Virus record (IMG/VR): IMGVR_UViG_2844496579_000002
Span: 17,685 to 81,684 of that record
DNA length: 64,000 bases
Strand: one strand, 5' to 3'
DNA from: a virus
Taxonomy: Duplodnaviria > Caudoviricetes
Both the position numbers and the translations under genes were made by a program. Positions 26,979-36,424 of this stretch are shown piece after piece. The first letter of the stretch is position 1, and each line of letters opens with the position of its first letter. The notes beneath the pieces were generated by a model. It had not been told where the DNA came from. It was given only the letters and a program-made list of their open reading frames with translations, and searched no databases.

Positions 26979-27205
26979 CGGAATACATAGTCGTCGTGGC
27001 GCTGGTGGCGGTGGCGGCTATTGCCGTCTATCAGTACTTCGGTCAGGTGGTTCGTTCCCAAACCGCCGCCATGGCGCGCGAGCTTGCAGGGGAAGACGGC
27101 GGCACACAGACGCGCGCGGCACAGCAGGCGGCTCAGAAGGCCGCGGCTCAGGCCAAGGCACGGTCTCTCAAGTCCTTTACCGGCAATGCCTCGGATGCGA
27201 AGTGA
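26975..27205 (+). pseudogene. flp: Flp/Tad (type IVc) pilin, 5'-truncated by the prophage
   Basis: LTEYIVVVALVAVAAIAVYQYFG Flp motif; in-frame TAG at 26957; no start codon or G-Q-G leader upstream. Confidence 0.85.
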
Positions 27206-28093
27206 TGACGCGGATGCGGGTGTCTTCCGGCGTTCAGCAGGGCCAGGCGTTGGTGCTGGGCATGATGATCGTGTCGGTCGCGGCGGCATCCCTGGTTGTG
27301 CTCTACAACCTGGGTCAAACTGCTGAAGGCCGCATGCGCTTGACCCATGCGGCGGACGCGGCGGCCTATAGCGGCGCGCTTGAGCAAGCGCGCACGCTCA
27401 ATGCCCTTGCTTATTTGAACCGTACGCAGATTGCGCACCAGGTCGCCATGGCGCACTTGGTCACCTTGGCCGCCGCCGCCCAGTACGGCCGTACCATGCA
27501 CGCTCAACGTACCCGCGGCAACCCGCCTGCCGGCCTGATCGCCATGCTGTTTGGCCCGGATATGGGGCTTGCTTATCGGGCAGGGCAGGTAGTGCCCGAT
27601 GCTGAGTCCCGCTTGGCCAATGCGTTCGCACAACATGACTACGTTGTGCATCGGGTGTTGGAAGCCGCGGCGGCTTCGGCCATGACCGGGCTGTCGGCTT
27701 CGCGCGAGCGCATCATGCGCAAGGTCCTGGAAGCCAACATGACTGACTCGGATCAGGATTCGGGCAAGTTGCCCCGTGCGCCGGGGCTTACGTTGCATTT
27801 GCTGTCGGATGCGTGGCCCGGGTTCGCCCAGCGTAACGTCGGTACGCGCAAAGCGGGGCTGCGGCCAGCTGTGGAGCAGGCTGTCGACCGCTATGCCTAC
27901 CTGCAAAAGCGCAATGCCACGCGCCGCAATTCCTGGCCCGTCAGCAAACGTTGCCCCTTGAAGCGGCATGAATTGCGCCGCCGTGGTTCGACATGGTTGG
28001 GGCCCGATGGGCGTTGGGGCGCCTTGGACACTCAGTCGTTTCATGCGCTGCGATCCAATCGATGGATCGGCTGCTATTTCCGCGAATATTCGC
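27202..28093 (+). pseudogene. TadG-like pseudopilin / pilus assembly protein, probably 3'-interrupted by prophage 2 (ORF reads on to 28170)
   Basis: GQALV + TM + AADAAAYSGA Tad motif; the frame continues into a terminator and overlaps the phage xis gene. Confidence 0.7.
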
Positions 28094-28100
28094 CGGAAAT
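28076..28100. other. Candidate left attachment site of prophage 2
   Basis: ATTTCCGCGAATATTCGCCGGAAAT near-perfect dyad at the host/phage boundary. Confidence 0.55.
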
Positions 28101-28102
28101 GG

Positions 28103-28126
28103 AAAAGCCGCTACTGGAGCGGCTTT
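28103..28126 (-). terminator. Terminator of the early-left operon
   Basis: AAAAGCCGCT-ACTGG-AGCGGCTTT just beyond the xis stop. Confidence 0.7.
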
Positions 28127-28134
28127 CCGGGTGG

Positions 28135-28383
28135 TCAGGTGGTTTGTTTGTCCTCTTGGGGTACATCTGAGGGTACAAACTGTTTTTCGGCCCATCGCCG
28201 GACATCGTCAGGGTTCCAGACCACGATCTGTCGGCTGATGGGTGTGCCCTTTGGGAAGGTGCCGGCCCTGATTCGCTTGTAAATCTCCCCCTTGGACAGG
28301 CCGACCGCGTGCGACACGTCGGCGATGCGATATAGCAGCTTCGGCGCCGCGGCCGTCGCCTGTTGTTGGGCTGCGTGTGCCAT
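28135..28383 (-). CDS. alpA: AlpA-family excisionase
   Basis: RIADV...VGLSKGEIYKRIRAGTFPK....V.W...DV..W. Confidence 0.88.
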   Translation of the reverse strand: MAHAAQQQATAAAPKLLYRIADVSHAVGLSKGEIYKRIRAGTFPKGTPISRQIVVWNPDDVRRWAEKQFVPSDVPQEDKQTT

Positions 28384-28659
28384 TTACCGCTCCTTTGCCG
28401 AGGTGTCGGCCAACGCTGCAACCACGGCGGCATAGGCGGGTTCTTGGCCGGCGTTGTCAGACTGCGGCTCAAACCAGCCCGCATAGCGCATTTCGTTTTC
28501 TGCAAGCCGCAGCGCAGCAACAAGTGTTGGGGCGTTCGCCCCATCCCGCGCCATCGCCACCAGCGCATCCCGCTCGGCTCGCGACAGGGTGACCGCTTCG
28601 CCCCACGCCTTGCAGCACGTAGGCCGCTGCGCGATGGCTTCGATTTCGTCTTTATTCAC
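28384..28659 (-). CDS. Hypothetical phage protein
   Basis: GGAGG RBS, GTG start, in operon. Confidence 0.6.
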   Translation of the reverse strand: MNKDEIEAIAQRPTCCKAWGEAVTLSRAERDALVAMARDGANAPTLVAALRLAENEMRYAGWFEPQSDNAGQEPAYAAVVAALADTSAKER

Positions 28660-29056
28660 GTCCGCCTCCGTCCGTGCGGGGGTGCTGGGCGGCAATCTCG
28701 GCGGCAGCGCGGACAATTGCGCGGCGTAATGCCCCTATGCGGTCTTTGCCATGCTCCTCAGTCACAACGATGTTCCGTGTGTCCCGCCGGTGTCGTATTT
28801 GTTTCACAATCCATACGCCATCCCATTCCGGGGTTCTCGGTATACATCGATGGTCGCCGGCCTCTTCGAACTGGAGACGCAAATCGGCGGCCAGAAGCAG
28901 CGCGTCGCCATCGTTTACCAAGGGGTTCCATGATTCCTCGCTGCGGCTGCCTGGCTCAGATGCTTGCATCAGCCATCCGCTATCCAGCCGGATCCAGTGG
29001 AATTCCAGGCCGGCAGCCGTCGCCGCCAGCTCCAACAGTTCGCGATCACTGCGCAT
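28652..29056 (-). CDS. Conserved phage early protein
   Basis: DRELLELAA.AAG...WNPL.NDGDA..LA...RRAIVRAAAEI family pattern. Confidence 0.75.
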   Translation of the reverse strand: MRSDRELLELAATAAGLEFHWIRLDSGWLMQASEPGSRSEESWNPLVNDGDALLLAADLRLQFEEAGDHRCIPRTPEWDGVWIVKQIRHRRDTRNIVVTEEHGKDRIGALRRAIVRAAAEIAAQHPRTDGGGRE

Positions 29057-30023
29057 CTTTCTCTCCTTTCTCGCCCGTCTGTGTAGCTGTCAAGGATTGC
29101 TTGACGACTGACGGGGTGGGGGACAAGGCGGCGTCAACCGATACCGGGTCGAACAGGGCGTGCGCGGAGTCAAAGACAATCCAACTGCCTGATCTATCCT
29201 TGACCCGTCGCACGGCGCCGTACCCGTCGCTCAAAAAGCTGTAGCGCGGCAGCTTGCACAATTGATTGCGCACCGCTTCGAAAGCCGCATCGCGCATCGC
29301 CACATCCCCCGCACCCTTCGCGCAATCCCCGCCGTCCTTGTCAGCGTGGGGCGGGATGTCGATCACGTCGCCCGCTGCGAACCGGTTCACTTTCTCCGAC
29401 CAGTCGCCGATGGCTTCAGCGGTGGCGAACATGGGCAGCAGCGCGCGCGCCTCGCGGAGCAAATACAGCGCTTCCGTTCGCACCGCCTCGCTGGCCTGGG
29501 GCGCGGGTTCGCCCATGTTGGTCGGCCCGTTCGCCGCGTTCAGTTCCGCGACCAACCGCCGCGCCGTGTCACGTTCGATCCGCAGCAGGTTTTCTGCTTC
29601 CAGCGCCCGGCGCTTCCAGATCGCCATATCCTCGCGCGCTCCTTCGTATGCATTGGTGAAGTCCAGCTGGCTGGCCTGGGGCGCGGCAAGGTCATCACCA
29701 CGCTCAAAGCCGTGCCGATGCTTGGAGCAAAAGCCACACGGGCAGGTAGCGCGGGGCAAGCCGCTTCCGATGTGCACCCCATCGCGGTACTGGCGTTCGA
29801 CGTCTTCCGCAGTAAGCGCCTCCCCGGCTACAGGGGCGCTTGCCAAGTAACGGGCGCAATCGTCGTTATGGGTGAATTTGTCACGGGCCACAAGGGCGCT
29901 TGCCAGGGCGGAGAAAGCCGCCACCACTTGAGCGCGGGCGTGGGTGGATAGGTCTTGTCCGAAGCGTTCGCAACGGAACCCGTACACGTCCAGCAGTCTT
30001 TCAAATTCTGCTTTACTCGTCAT
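29046..30023 (-). CDS. Mosaic early protein (Ead/Ea22-type position)
   Basis: Coupled ORF with repeated ASAPVA / APQAS linkers. Confidence 0.7.
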   Translation of the reverse strand: MTSKAEFERLLDVYGFRCERFGQDLSTHARAQVVAAFSALASALVARDKFTHNDDCARYLASAPVAGEALTAEDVERQYRDGVHIGSGLPRATCPCGFCSKHRHGFERGDDLAAPQASQLDFTNAYEGAREDMAIWKRRALEAENLLRIERDTARRLVAELNAANGPTNMGEPAPQASEAVRTEALYLLREARALLPMFATAEAIGDWSEKVNRFAAGDVIDIPPHADKDGGDCAKGAGDVAMRDAAFEAVRNQLCKLPRYSFLSDGYGAVRRVKDRSGSWIVFDSAHALFDPVSVDAALSPTPSVVKQSLTATQTGEKGEKDAQ

Positions 30024-30940
30024 TTCGATCCCCTTGCCAGGACGGCGCGGCCTAAGCTGTCACCAAGCGGGTGCGTTTCGGTGTAGACAACGGTGATGGT
30101 GCCGTCCGTGTGTGGTTGCATGATGCAGATGGTCGCGCCTTGATCCGTGGCGCTGACGCCGATGCGCAATTCGGCATCGAATAGCTCGGATGTAGGGGCG
30201 CGGTCCACGGGGTTGCGCCAAAGTTGCGCGGCGAGGAACGGATCCTTCGCCAGCCGTTCCACCGAAACGCCTTGAGCCTCTCCGGCTGCAGGGGCGCTAT
30301 GCGGCCGGGGCTTCGAACTGTTCGGGTACATGGCCCGGTCGAACTGCGCGGCGTGCCATACGGCTTGCCACACGTTGTAGGTCAACCCATCGGCGGCGAA
30401 CGGACGCAAATCGCTGTCGTAGTAGGCCCGGCAACGTTGTTCGCTGTCGTATGGCTCGGCTACAGGGGCGCTTGCCAGGGCGTCAGGGGCCGCATCGATC
30501 AATGCCCGGTAGGCCAAGGTGGATCGCGCCGCGCTTTTTATGTTCGCGTTGAAGGCGTCGTACCACGCTTCCATCATTTTTGGCGTCGGCTTAATCGGCA
30601 CCAACTTCCAATTTTCCGGCACGGCGCTAGGTGTATTCGCCAGGGCGGCGATTGCTGCGTCGATCCTTCTCAAATGGTACGAGTCACCCCGCCCGATTTC
30701 GATGCAGAGCTTCTTGTACTTGCCTAGGAGCGCGGCAGCATCTATCGCCCGCTCATCGCCCGCCGGCACGCCCTCCGCGCGCAGCTTGGACAGCAGGGCG
30801 GATTCGATGGCGCGGGCGAAGTCAATCTTGTCGGCGTCGGTTAGCGGATAGGCCGCGCAGGGGTCGCTGACATAGATATCCCAGCGGTGCAATATTTCTT
30901 CATCCGTCAGCCCAGGCTGGGCGGCGTTGTTCTCAGTCAT
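30020..30940 (-). CDS. Mosaic early protein
   Basis: LTDEEI...FARAIE, VPENWKLVPIKPT..M motifs. Confidence 0.72.
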   Translation of the reverse strand: MTENNAAQPGLTDEEILHRWDIYVSDPCAAYPLTDADKIDFARAIESALLSKLRAEGVPAGDERAIDAAALLGKYKKLCIEIGRGDSYHLRRIDAAIAALANTPSAVPENWKLVPIKPTPKMMEAWYDAFNANIKSAARSTLAYRALIDAAPDALASAPVAEPYDSEQRCRAYYDSDLRPFAADGLTYNVWQAVWHAAQFDRAMYPNSSKPRPHSAPAAGEAQGVSVERLAKDPFLAAQLWRNPVDRAPTSELFDAELRIGVSATDQGATICIMQPHTDGTITVVYTETHPLGDSLGRAVLARGSK

Positions 30941-31185
30941 GTCCTTTCCTTGGTGGTGGGCTGGGCGTCGTCAGGCGGGAAATCGCCGTAATCGTCCAGC
31001 GTGGTTTCGCCGCACGGGTCCAGCGCGCTTAGGTCATCAACCATCACTTCCTCTGAGTGGATGCCGTCAGAGTCGCCTTTGCGGGCGCGGGCGTCCGCTT
31101 CTTCCTGGCTAGCGGCGTCGATGTAAAAGACCTGGTGGCCACTCGCGGCGGTGACGCTTGCGGTGTAGAGATACCGTTTCATCAC
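30937..31185 (-). CDS. Hypothetical protein
   Basis: Coupled ORF, GGGAGAGG RBS. Confidence 0.6.
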   Translation of the reverse strand: MMKRYLYTASVTAASGHQVFYIDAASQEEADARARKGDSDGIHSEEVMVDDLSALDPCGETTLDDYGDFPPDDAQPTTKERT

Positions 31186-31228
31186 GCCTCTCCCTTCTGC
31201 TGGGCAATGGCGGCGGTGTTTGTGTAGG

Positions 31229-31873
31229 TCATGAGAAAAGATCCTTGTCGATGGGTTGCCCAGCGCTGCGGGCGATGGCCAGCAGCACGTCGCGGAACTC
31301 GGGCGGCGTGGCGTTACGGATGCGAGTTTTGTCCTTGCCGCCCACCATGGCCATCATTCCGATGCGTCTGGCCTTCTCGTAGCCGTGCAGCTCAATGGCG
31401 CGAGGGTGGATGCGCTGCGGGGAGCGGCCCCACTTCAGCTCTGGTAGATCGGTTCCGCAGGCATAAAGCCATGTCCCTTTGCGTGCCAAGTGCCCGTAGT
31501 GGCCTTGCTCGACGTGGCAGGTCCAACCCCCCAGGGCGTCGGCGCGAACCCATCGGCCGGCTTTGGGCGGCTTGCGCAGGCCAAACCACGCCCAGGCGTG
31601 CGAATCGGCTGGGTGCTCGATTACGCCGCCGTAATTGCGCACCGCCGTGAGCGCCGCGGCGAAGCAACCGCCGTCTTCACCTAGCCTGAACTGGTGGGGC
31701 TTGTTCGGGGCCCCGTGCCAGTACCTACCCCAGCGCTGGCAGGGGGGATGCGCGACGACGGGGAGGGGGCCGGCGTAGGTTCGTGCATCCCGATGCTCGT
31801 CCCAGGGCTGCACGCCAGGCACGCCGAAATAGGTCCCGTCCGTCTCGACGAACAAGGCAGCTACCTCCATCAC
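31229..31873 (-). CDS. Short DNA cytosine-methyltransferase-like protein
   Basis: VAHPPC (motif IV-like), VIEHP, Q..YGH..RK.TWL; SAM-binding motif degenerate. Confidence 0.6.
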   Translation of the reverse strand: MMEVAALFVETDGTYFGVPGVQPWDEHRDARTYAGPLPVVAHPPCQRWGRYWHGAPNKPHQFRLGEDGGCFAAALTAVRNYGGVIEHPADSHAWAWFGLRKPPKAGRWVRADALGGWTCHVEQGHYGHLARKGTWLYACGTDLPELKWGRSPQRIHPRAIELHGYEKARRIGMMAMVGGKDKTRIRNATPPEFRDVLLAIARSAGQPIDKDLFS

Positions 31874-32613
31874 CCATTCCTCTTCTTATGGGACTGGGCC
31901 GCCTCGATGGCCTCTCGAACCTGCATATCGAGCGCAGAATTGCCGCCGCTATCCTCATTCAGAAGCGACGGACATTCTCCCCAGACGAGGGCATGCAGGT
32001 CCTGCAATGCGACCAGAATCACGTCCTGCGCATCGCCAGCAGCGGGAGCCGGCCGGCACGACTTCACGTAGGCCGCAATGCCCGGAATGTCCTCGAACGC
32101 GATGTTGAAGCCGCGACCCTCGCAGGCCTCGCATTCCTCCTTGAACTCCTGCACGTCGGTCTTGCGCTCGGCGACCTGGTGCTTGACGAACACATGGCCG
32201 GAGCCGTTGCACTCGTCGCACGCCAGTTCCCAGTCGCGATCCCCCGTCGCTCCGGTGGGTATAGGGTGCGAGGTAGGGGCGGCGCTCTCTTCGTCAGGAA
32301 GATCAGATTGCGGCTTCCAGTGTGTCGGCTGAACTTCAACCTCGCGAAGCTCGTAGCGCTTTTCCTGGCCCAAGCAGTAGAACAAGCCAGCCGCATACCA
32401 TTTCTCGTTGTGGCGGAATCCAGTGCCTACAGACTGATCGCCTTCCGGTCCCCAGCACAGTTCGCAGAAGAGCGGGCGCCCTTCGTTTTCGGGCGCGCTG
32501 GCGATAGGCTTCCATTCTGTGTTCATGCTCTCAGGCACCTTTGCCACCTCCACCGGCTCAAGCGGCCCGGGAGCATCCTGGGAAAGGCCATGGGTGATTT
32601 CGTATTCGGTCAT
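31870..32613 (-). CDS. Mosaic hypothetical protein (DUF551-like plus Zn-finger)
   Basis: WKPIASAP...PTHW; CDECNGSG...CEACEGRG. Confidence 0.68.
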   Translation of the reverse strand: MTEYEITHGLSQDAPGPLEPVEVAKVPESMNTEWKPIASAPENEGRPLFCELCWGPEGDQSVGTGFRHNEKWYAAGLFYCLGQEKRYELREVEVQPTHWKPQSDLPDEESAAPTSHPIPTGATGDRDWELACDECNGSGHVFVKHQVAERKTDVQEFKEECEACEGRGFNIAFEDIPGIAAYVKSCRPAPAAGDAQDVILVALQDLHALVWGECPSLLNEDSGGNSALDMQVREAIEAAQSHKKRNG

Positions 32614-32614
32614 T

Positions 32615-33046
32615 TCAGGCTCCTTTGGTCTGCCCCGCCCGGACCAGGGCGACAGCGATGTGTTCGTTGATGAAGAGCCGCGCGACGTCTATGCGCGGCA
32701 GGATGTCGTCTATGGCACTGACGGCGACCGTCAGCGATGCAATTTCGTGGTCACGCAACGCAAGCCCGGCCTCACACTTGGCGCCGATCTGGTTCATGGT
32801 TCGCGCCGCGCCGTTGATCAACAGGTACTGCTGGAGGAATGCCGGATCGTTCTGCACGGTCAGGCCGATCATGTTCACGATGTTGGCCAGGGCGTCGAAG
32901 GCTTCGGCGCTGGGCGCCAGGCGCAGCGCAGCGAAAGCGCCGTGCATGTGCGTGGCGATGCGGTCCCGCATAGCACCCGTCATCGGCAGGCGAGCTATGC
33001 TGGGCACGTAGCGCTTGTTGCGGCGGGGCTTGCGGGCGTGGGTCAT
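32615..33046 (-). CDS. Hypothetical phage protein
   Basis: Coupled ORF, RKPRRNKRY N-terminus. Confidence 0.68.
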   Translation of the reverse strand: MTHARKPRRNKRYVPSIARLPMTGAMRDRIATHMHGAFAALRLAPSAEAFDALANIVNMIGLTVQNDPAFLQQYLLINGAARTMNQIGAKCEAGLALRDHEIASLTVAVSAIDDILPRIDVARLFINEHIAVALVRAGQTKGA

Positions 33047-33402
33047 TGCGCACCCAGCTTGGTCATGGCGGCCTTGACGGACCCCAGGCTACGGCGCAGC
33101 GCCTTCCGCTTTTGGATGGCCAGGTGTGCGCCGTAGCAGTGCGGGCATTCCTCGCGCTGCGCTTCGCCGATATCGAGGTAATCAAGCTGTTCCTCGCCCC
33201 AGTGGTCCACGATCGTTTCCGGCGTGTACCAGCCATCCAGGTGATTGGTGGCAGGGTCGTTCACGCCCTGTGACTTCATGCGCGGCGGGTTCGGGCCAGG
33301 GCAGGCGCTCAACGTCTCCGCGATTTCCTTCTTGCAATCCCTGATCGCGCGCGTCAGGGCGGAATAGTCGCTCACCAGCTTGAGCGCGGTTTCGGGTTTC
33401 AT
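33043..33402 (-). CDS. Hypothetical phage protein
   Basis: Coupled ORF with CPHC. Confidence 0.65.
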   Translation of the reverse strand: MKPETALKLVSDYSALTRAIRDCKKEIAETLSACPGPNPPRMKSQGVNDPATNHLDGWYTPETIVDHWGEEQLDYLDIGEAQREECPHCYGAHLAIQKRKALRRSLGSVKAAMTKLGAQ

Positions 33403-33484
33403 GTCGTTCTCTGTGTAGGTGGCCGGCACCGGCAGCGGTTGGGGGTGGCTTGAGGTAGCCCCGCCGCCGCGCCGGCCGAAGGGT

Positions 33485-34000
33485 TTATTCCAGGGTCAGA
33501 CCCAAGGTGGCCTGCTTCTCGATGGCGGGCGTGATGCTGATGTCGATTTCGCCGCCCATGACTTCGTACAGGCGCTTCATCTGCTCGCCGCTGGGCGTGG
33601 CCTTGATTCGGAAGGTCAGGATCACGCTGCCACCTTCCATTAATTCCGCTGAAAACCCATCGACGTCTACCGTCTCCAGCTCAATGTCCGAGCCAGTGCC
33701 GCCCAGGCCGAAGCCGATCACGACACTGGCGCCCACCAGCTTGACTCCCAGGCGCAGGCGTTCGATCAGATCGCCGAAGCGGCGCACGGTCGGGACGTTC
33801 TCGCCGTCGATTTGGCCCTGGTGTTCGTCGGCCTTGTAGAGCATGGCGCGCAGCGTCGGGTGGATCATCGACAGGATTTCACTGCCTGCCTGCACCTGGA
33901 CCTTGAGGTCGCAGGCCGGCACGTTTTCCTCCCCGTGCTTCTCGGGGCGCGGGTTCAGGTGGATCAGCTTGGCGCGGGTCTTTTCGAGTTCGAATGCCAT
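33485..34000 (-). CDS. Conserved phage protein
   Basis: GGAG RBS; N.R.EKHGEE.VPACDL motif. Confidence 0.72.
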   Translation of the reverse strand: MAFELEKTRAKLIHLNPRPEKHGEENVPACDLKVQVQAGSEILSMIHPTLRAMLYKADEHQGQIDGENVPTVRRFGDLIERLRLGVKLVGASVVIGFGLGGTGSDIELETVDVDGFSAELMEGGSVILTFRIKATPSGEQMKRLYEVMGGEIDISITPAIEKQATLGLTLE

Positions 34001-34033
34001 GTCGGCTCCGTAGGTTGTGCTGCTGGGGAAGGG

Positions 34034-34801
34034 TTAGGCGGCCTTTCGGCGCAGGTGCTGTTCGTAGCCGTCGACGAGGCCCTTGAACTCCATCAGGTCG
34101 TCCACGAGCTTTTCGATGTAGTCGTCGTCGCGCTTGAATTCCTGCCACCAAAGCTGACGGCCAACGGGCGCCAGCGCGGGGCAGTACAGGCCGATGTGCC
34201 ACCACTTGCGGCCGGTGATCCACATGCAGCCCTGCACCTGGTCCATGACCTCGCTGGGGTCGTTGTCGATGTGGAAGGCGCGCAGCTTGGCCGGATCGAG
34301 GAAGCACTTGTATTCGCTGCCGCCGTCTTCTTCGATGAGGCCGTCAGCGCTGGCGCCGAAGATGCGGTCATCGGTCAGCACGAAACCAGCGCGCTCCACA
34401 AACAGGCCTGTTTGAGCTTCGTGCTCCATCCGGGCTTCGGGCTCCAGTTCGTTGCCGCGGCGCATGGCCCAGTTCTGAAAGCCTTCGTCCAGCGCCTGGC
34501 CGGAAATCCGCTCAACCGCCAGACGGAAGGCGTAGTTCTTGGCCTCGTCGGAAAAGTCGCCCACCGGCTTGCCGGCCAGTGCCAGGGCGATGGCTTCTGC
34601 GCGCGGCGCGGTCTTGTACCCCGCCTTGGCCATCGCTTCCCTTTCGTCCATGCCGGCCTTGCGGTAGGCCACATACAGGCTCTGCCGCTCGTCCAGCACG
34701 TTGACCTTCTTGCGGGCCGTGGAAAACATGCTGGCGGTGATAGCGCCGGCCCGAGCGGCGTGCCAGTCGTCGCTGCCCTGTTCGCAATTAACGATCAGCA
34801 T
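34034..34801 (-). CDS. YqaJ / lambda-exonuclease-family recombination nuclease
   Basis: QGSDDW..AR.G.ITAS, RG.ELEPEAR, GASADGL, EYKC, QVQG. Confidence 0.9.
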   Translation of the reverse strand: MLIVNCEQGSDDWHAARAGAITASMFSTARKKVNVLDERQSLYVAYRKAGMDEREAMAKAGYKTAPRAEAIALALAGKPVGDFSDEAKNYAFRLAVERISGQALDEGFQNWAMRRGNELEPEARMEHEAQTGLFVERAGFVLTDDRIFGASADGLIEEDGGSEYKCFLDPAKLRAFHIDNDPSEVMDQVQGCMWITGRKWWHIGLYCPALAPVGRQLWWQEFKRDDDYIEKLVDDLMEFKGLVDGYEQHLRRKAA

Positions 34802-35792
34802 CTGCGGCTCCTTGGTCATCACGGCCGAAGCCGTCGTCAGCGTCAGACGTGCGGTGCGGCTGCTCGTCGATGGTGTTGCCGTCGTCCGGCGGGGTTTCGG
34901 TGGGCACCGCTTCGCCGCGCAGCACAGAACCGCGCGCCGCCACGGCAGTCTTGAAGGCGTTGTAGGTGTTCATGTCCTTGGTGGCGCGAACCTCGCCCAG
35001 GCCGTCTTTCCAGACCTTGGCAAGTTCGTCGGCATCTCGCGCGGCTTCGACCTTCTTGCGCAGGCGCGGCAGCAGGTCGGGGTCAACGGTGGGGGTATTG
35101 CTGTCGCTGAAGTTGATCCCCTCTCCGCCGTCGGTGTTCAGGTGGTGGATGGCTTGGTCCAGGCGCTCAGTCTTGGGCCAATATTTGTAGGCCTGCTTCA
35201 CAACCGTCTTCTTCACCATTTCGCCTTCATCGGTCTTCCACGGACCCTTATTTCCAGCCTTCCAGGCCTCGGAGCGGTCGCGTATGGCGTACACGTCGGC
35301 GATGCTCATGGTGTGCGTCAGGTAGTCGCCGTCGGCAGTCTTGACCACCACATAAACGCCGATGAGCGCGCCGCGCTGCGTCGAAAACGGATTGAATGTG
35401 TGCGTCGGCGGTGCGTCGTACCCGTTCAGGGCAAAGCCGTCGTTCTCGTGTACCAGCGCGGCCTGTGCCCACTTGATGGACCCAGTGGATACAGCGAGGT
35501 CGATCAGGCCCATGTAGCTGATTTCGAGGTAGATCTTGTTCTTGCGCGGCACCAGGTAGGCCTGCTTCTTTGCAGGGTTCAGGCTGATGCCAATGGCCGC
35601 CACGTTGTTCACGGCGTTGACCACCGCCTGGCGGTCGTTCATTGCCGCCTTCAGCGTGTATTCGTTGTTCTGCAAGACCTGGATGGCGAACCCGGCTTCC
35701 TTTTCGAAGCTGATGTTCTGGTCGGTCAGCACAGCCGCAAACGACTCGCGCGTGCTGTAGATGTCTTGGGTGATGACTGCGAGGTTGTTCAT
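34788..35792 (-). CDS. recT: RecT-family single-strand annealing protein
   Basis: GISLNP...AYLVP, SY.GL, PW.TD..EM.KKTV.K...K.WP. Confidence 0.92.
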   Translation of the reverse strand: MNNLAVITQDIYSTRESFAAVLTDQNISFEKEAGFAIQVLQNNEYTLKAAMNDRQAVVNAVNNVAAIGISLNPAKKQAYLVPRKNKIYLEISYMGLIDLAVSTGSIKWAQAALVHENDGFALNGYDAPPTHTFNPFSTQRGALIGVYVVVKTADGDYLTHTMSIADVYAIRDRSEAWKAGNKGPWKTDEGEMVKKTVVKQAYKYWPKTERLDQAIHHLNTDGGEGINFSDSNTPTVDPDLLPRLRKKVEAARDADELAKVWKDGLGEVRATKDMNTYNAFKTAVAARGSVLRGEAVPTETPPDDGNTIDEQPHRTSDADDGFGRDDQGAADADR

Positions 35793-36241
35793 GCTTCCAC
35801 CGTCGACGGCGCGGTCAGCTTCGAAACGATGACGTCGCCAATCAGGCCATCCAGGCGCCCGCGCAGGTCGTCGCCGTCGAGATCCGCGATGATCGACAGC
35901 ACGCGCTCAGCCATGACCGGCTTGGCCGCTTCAATGGCTTCTTGCAGGTAGGTCCAGCCCTTGCTGGCCTCGCGGTCCCAGGCGTCAGGGCGGCGAAATA
36001 CGGTGTAGTCGGACAGCTTGTTGATGACCTCGACCGCCTTCGTGCGCACGACTTCGGCCATGTTGCCGTCGAAAGCCGCATCGACTTCCTTCTGGACCAG
36101 CTCATATGCGGCATTGCTCAGGATGCGCTCGAAGTCGGCGGCAGAGCGGCGCGCGCAAGCCGCGCGGAACTCGTCGCGGGCGATCTGGCGCTTTTCTTCG
36201 TCCGACAGGTAGTCGTCGATGTTGATGGTGATGTCGGTCAT
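35789..36241 (-). CDS. Hypothetical phage protein
   Basis: AAGGA RBS, coupled to recT. Confidence 0.7.
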   Translation of the reverse strand: MTDITINIDDYLSDEEKRQIARDEFRAACARRSAADFERILSNAAYELVQKEVDAAFDGNMAEVVRTKAVEVINKLSDYTVFRRPDAWDREASKGWTYLQEAIEAAKPVMAERVLSIIADLDGDDLRGRLDGLIGDVIVSKLTAPSTVEA

Positions 36242-36244
36242 GAT

Positions 36245-36424
36245 TCAGTCCTTTGCGGCGTATGCGGTCTTGCTGCCGCCGTCCTGGGTGGTGAGGGTGG
36301 GGGATTGGGCTTGCTCGTCGCGCTGCTGGCGGTCGCCGTAGCCAAAGATCACGGCGGTCAGCACGGCGGCGACGATGAATGCGGACAAGCGGGCGTCTCG
36401 GTCGCGCAGGAGGCGGCGGATCAT
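36245..36424 (-). CDS. Small membrane protein
   Basis: ATGA-coupled, one TM segment. Confidence 0.6.
   Translation of the reverse strand: MIRRLLRDRDARLSAFIVAAVLTAVIFGYGDRQQRDEQAQSPTLTTQDGGSKTAYAAKD

Noticed and set aside
28094-28170. C-terminus of the Tad ORF as genuine host sequence
   Set aside because: It runs through the phage terminator and overlaps xis; more likely read-through past the insertion point
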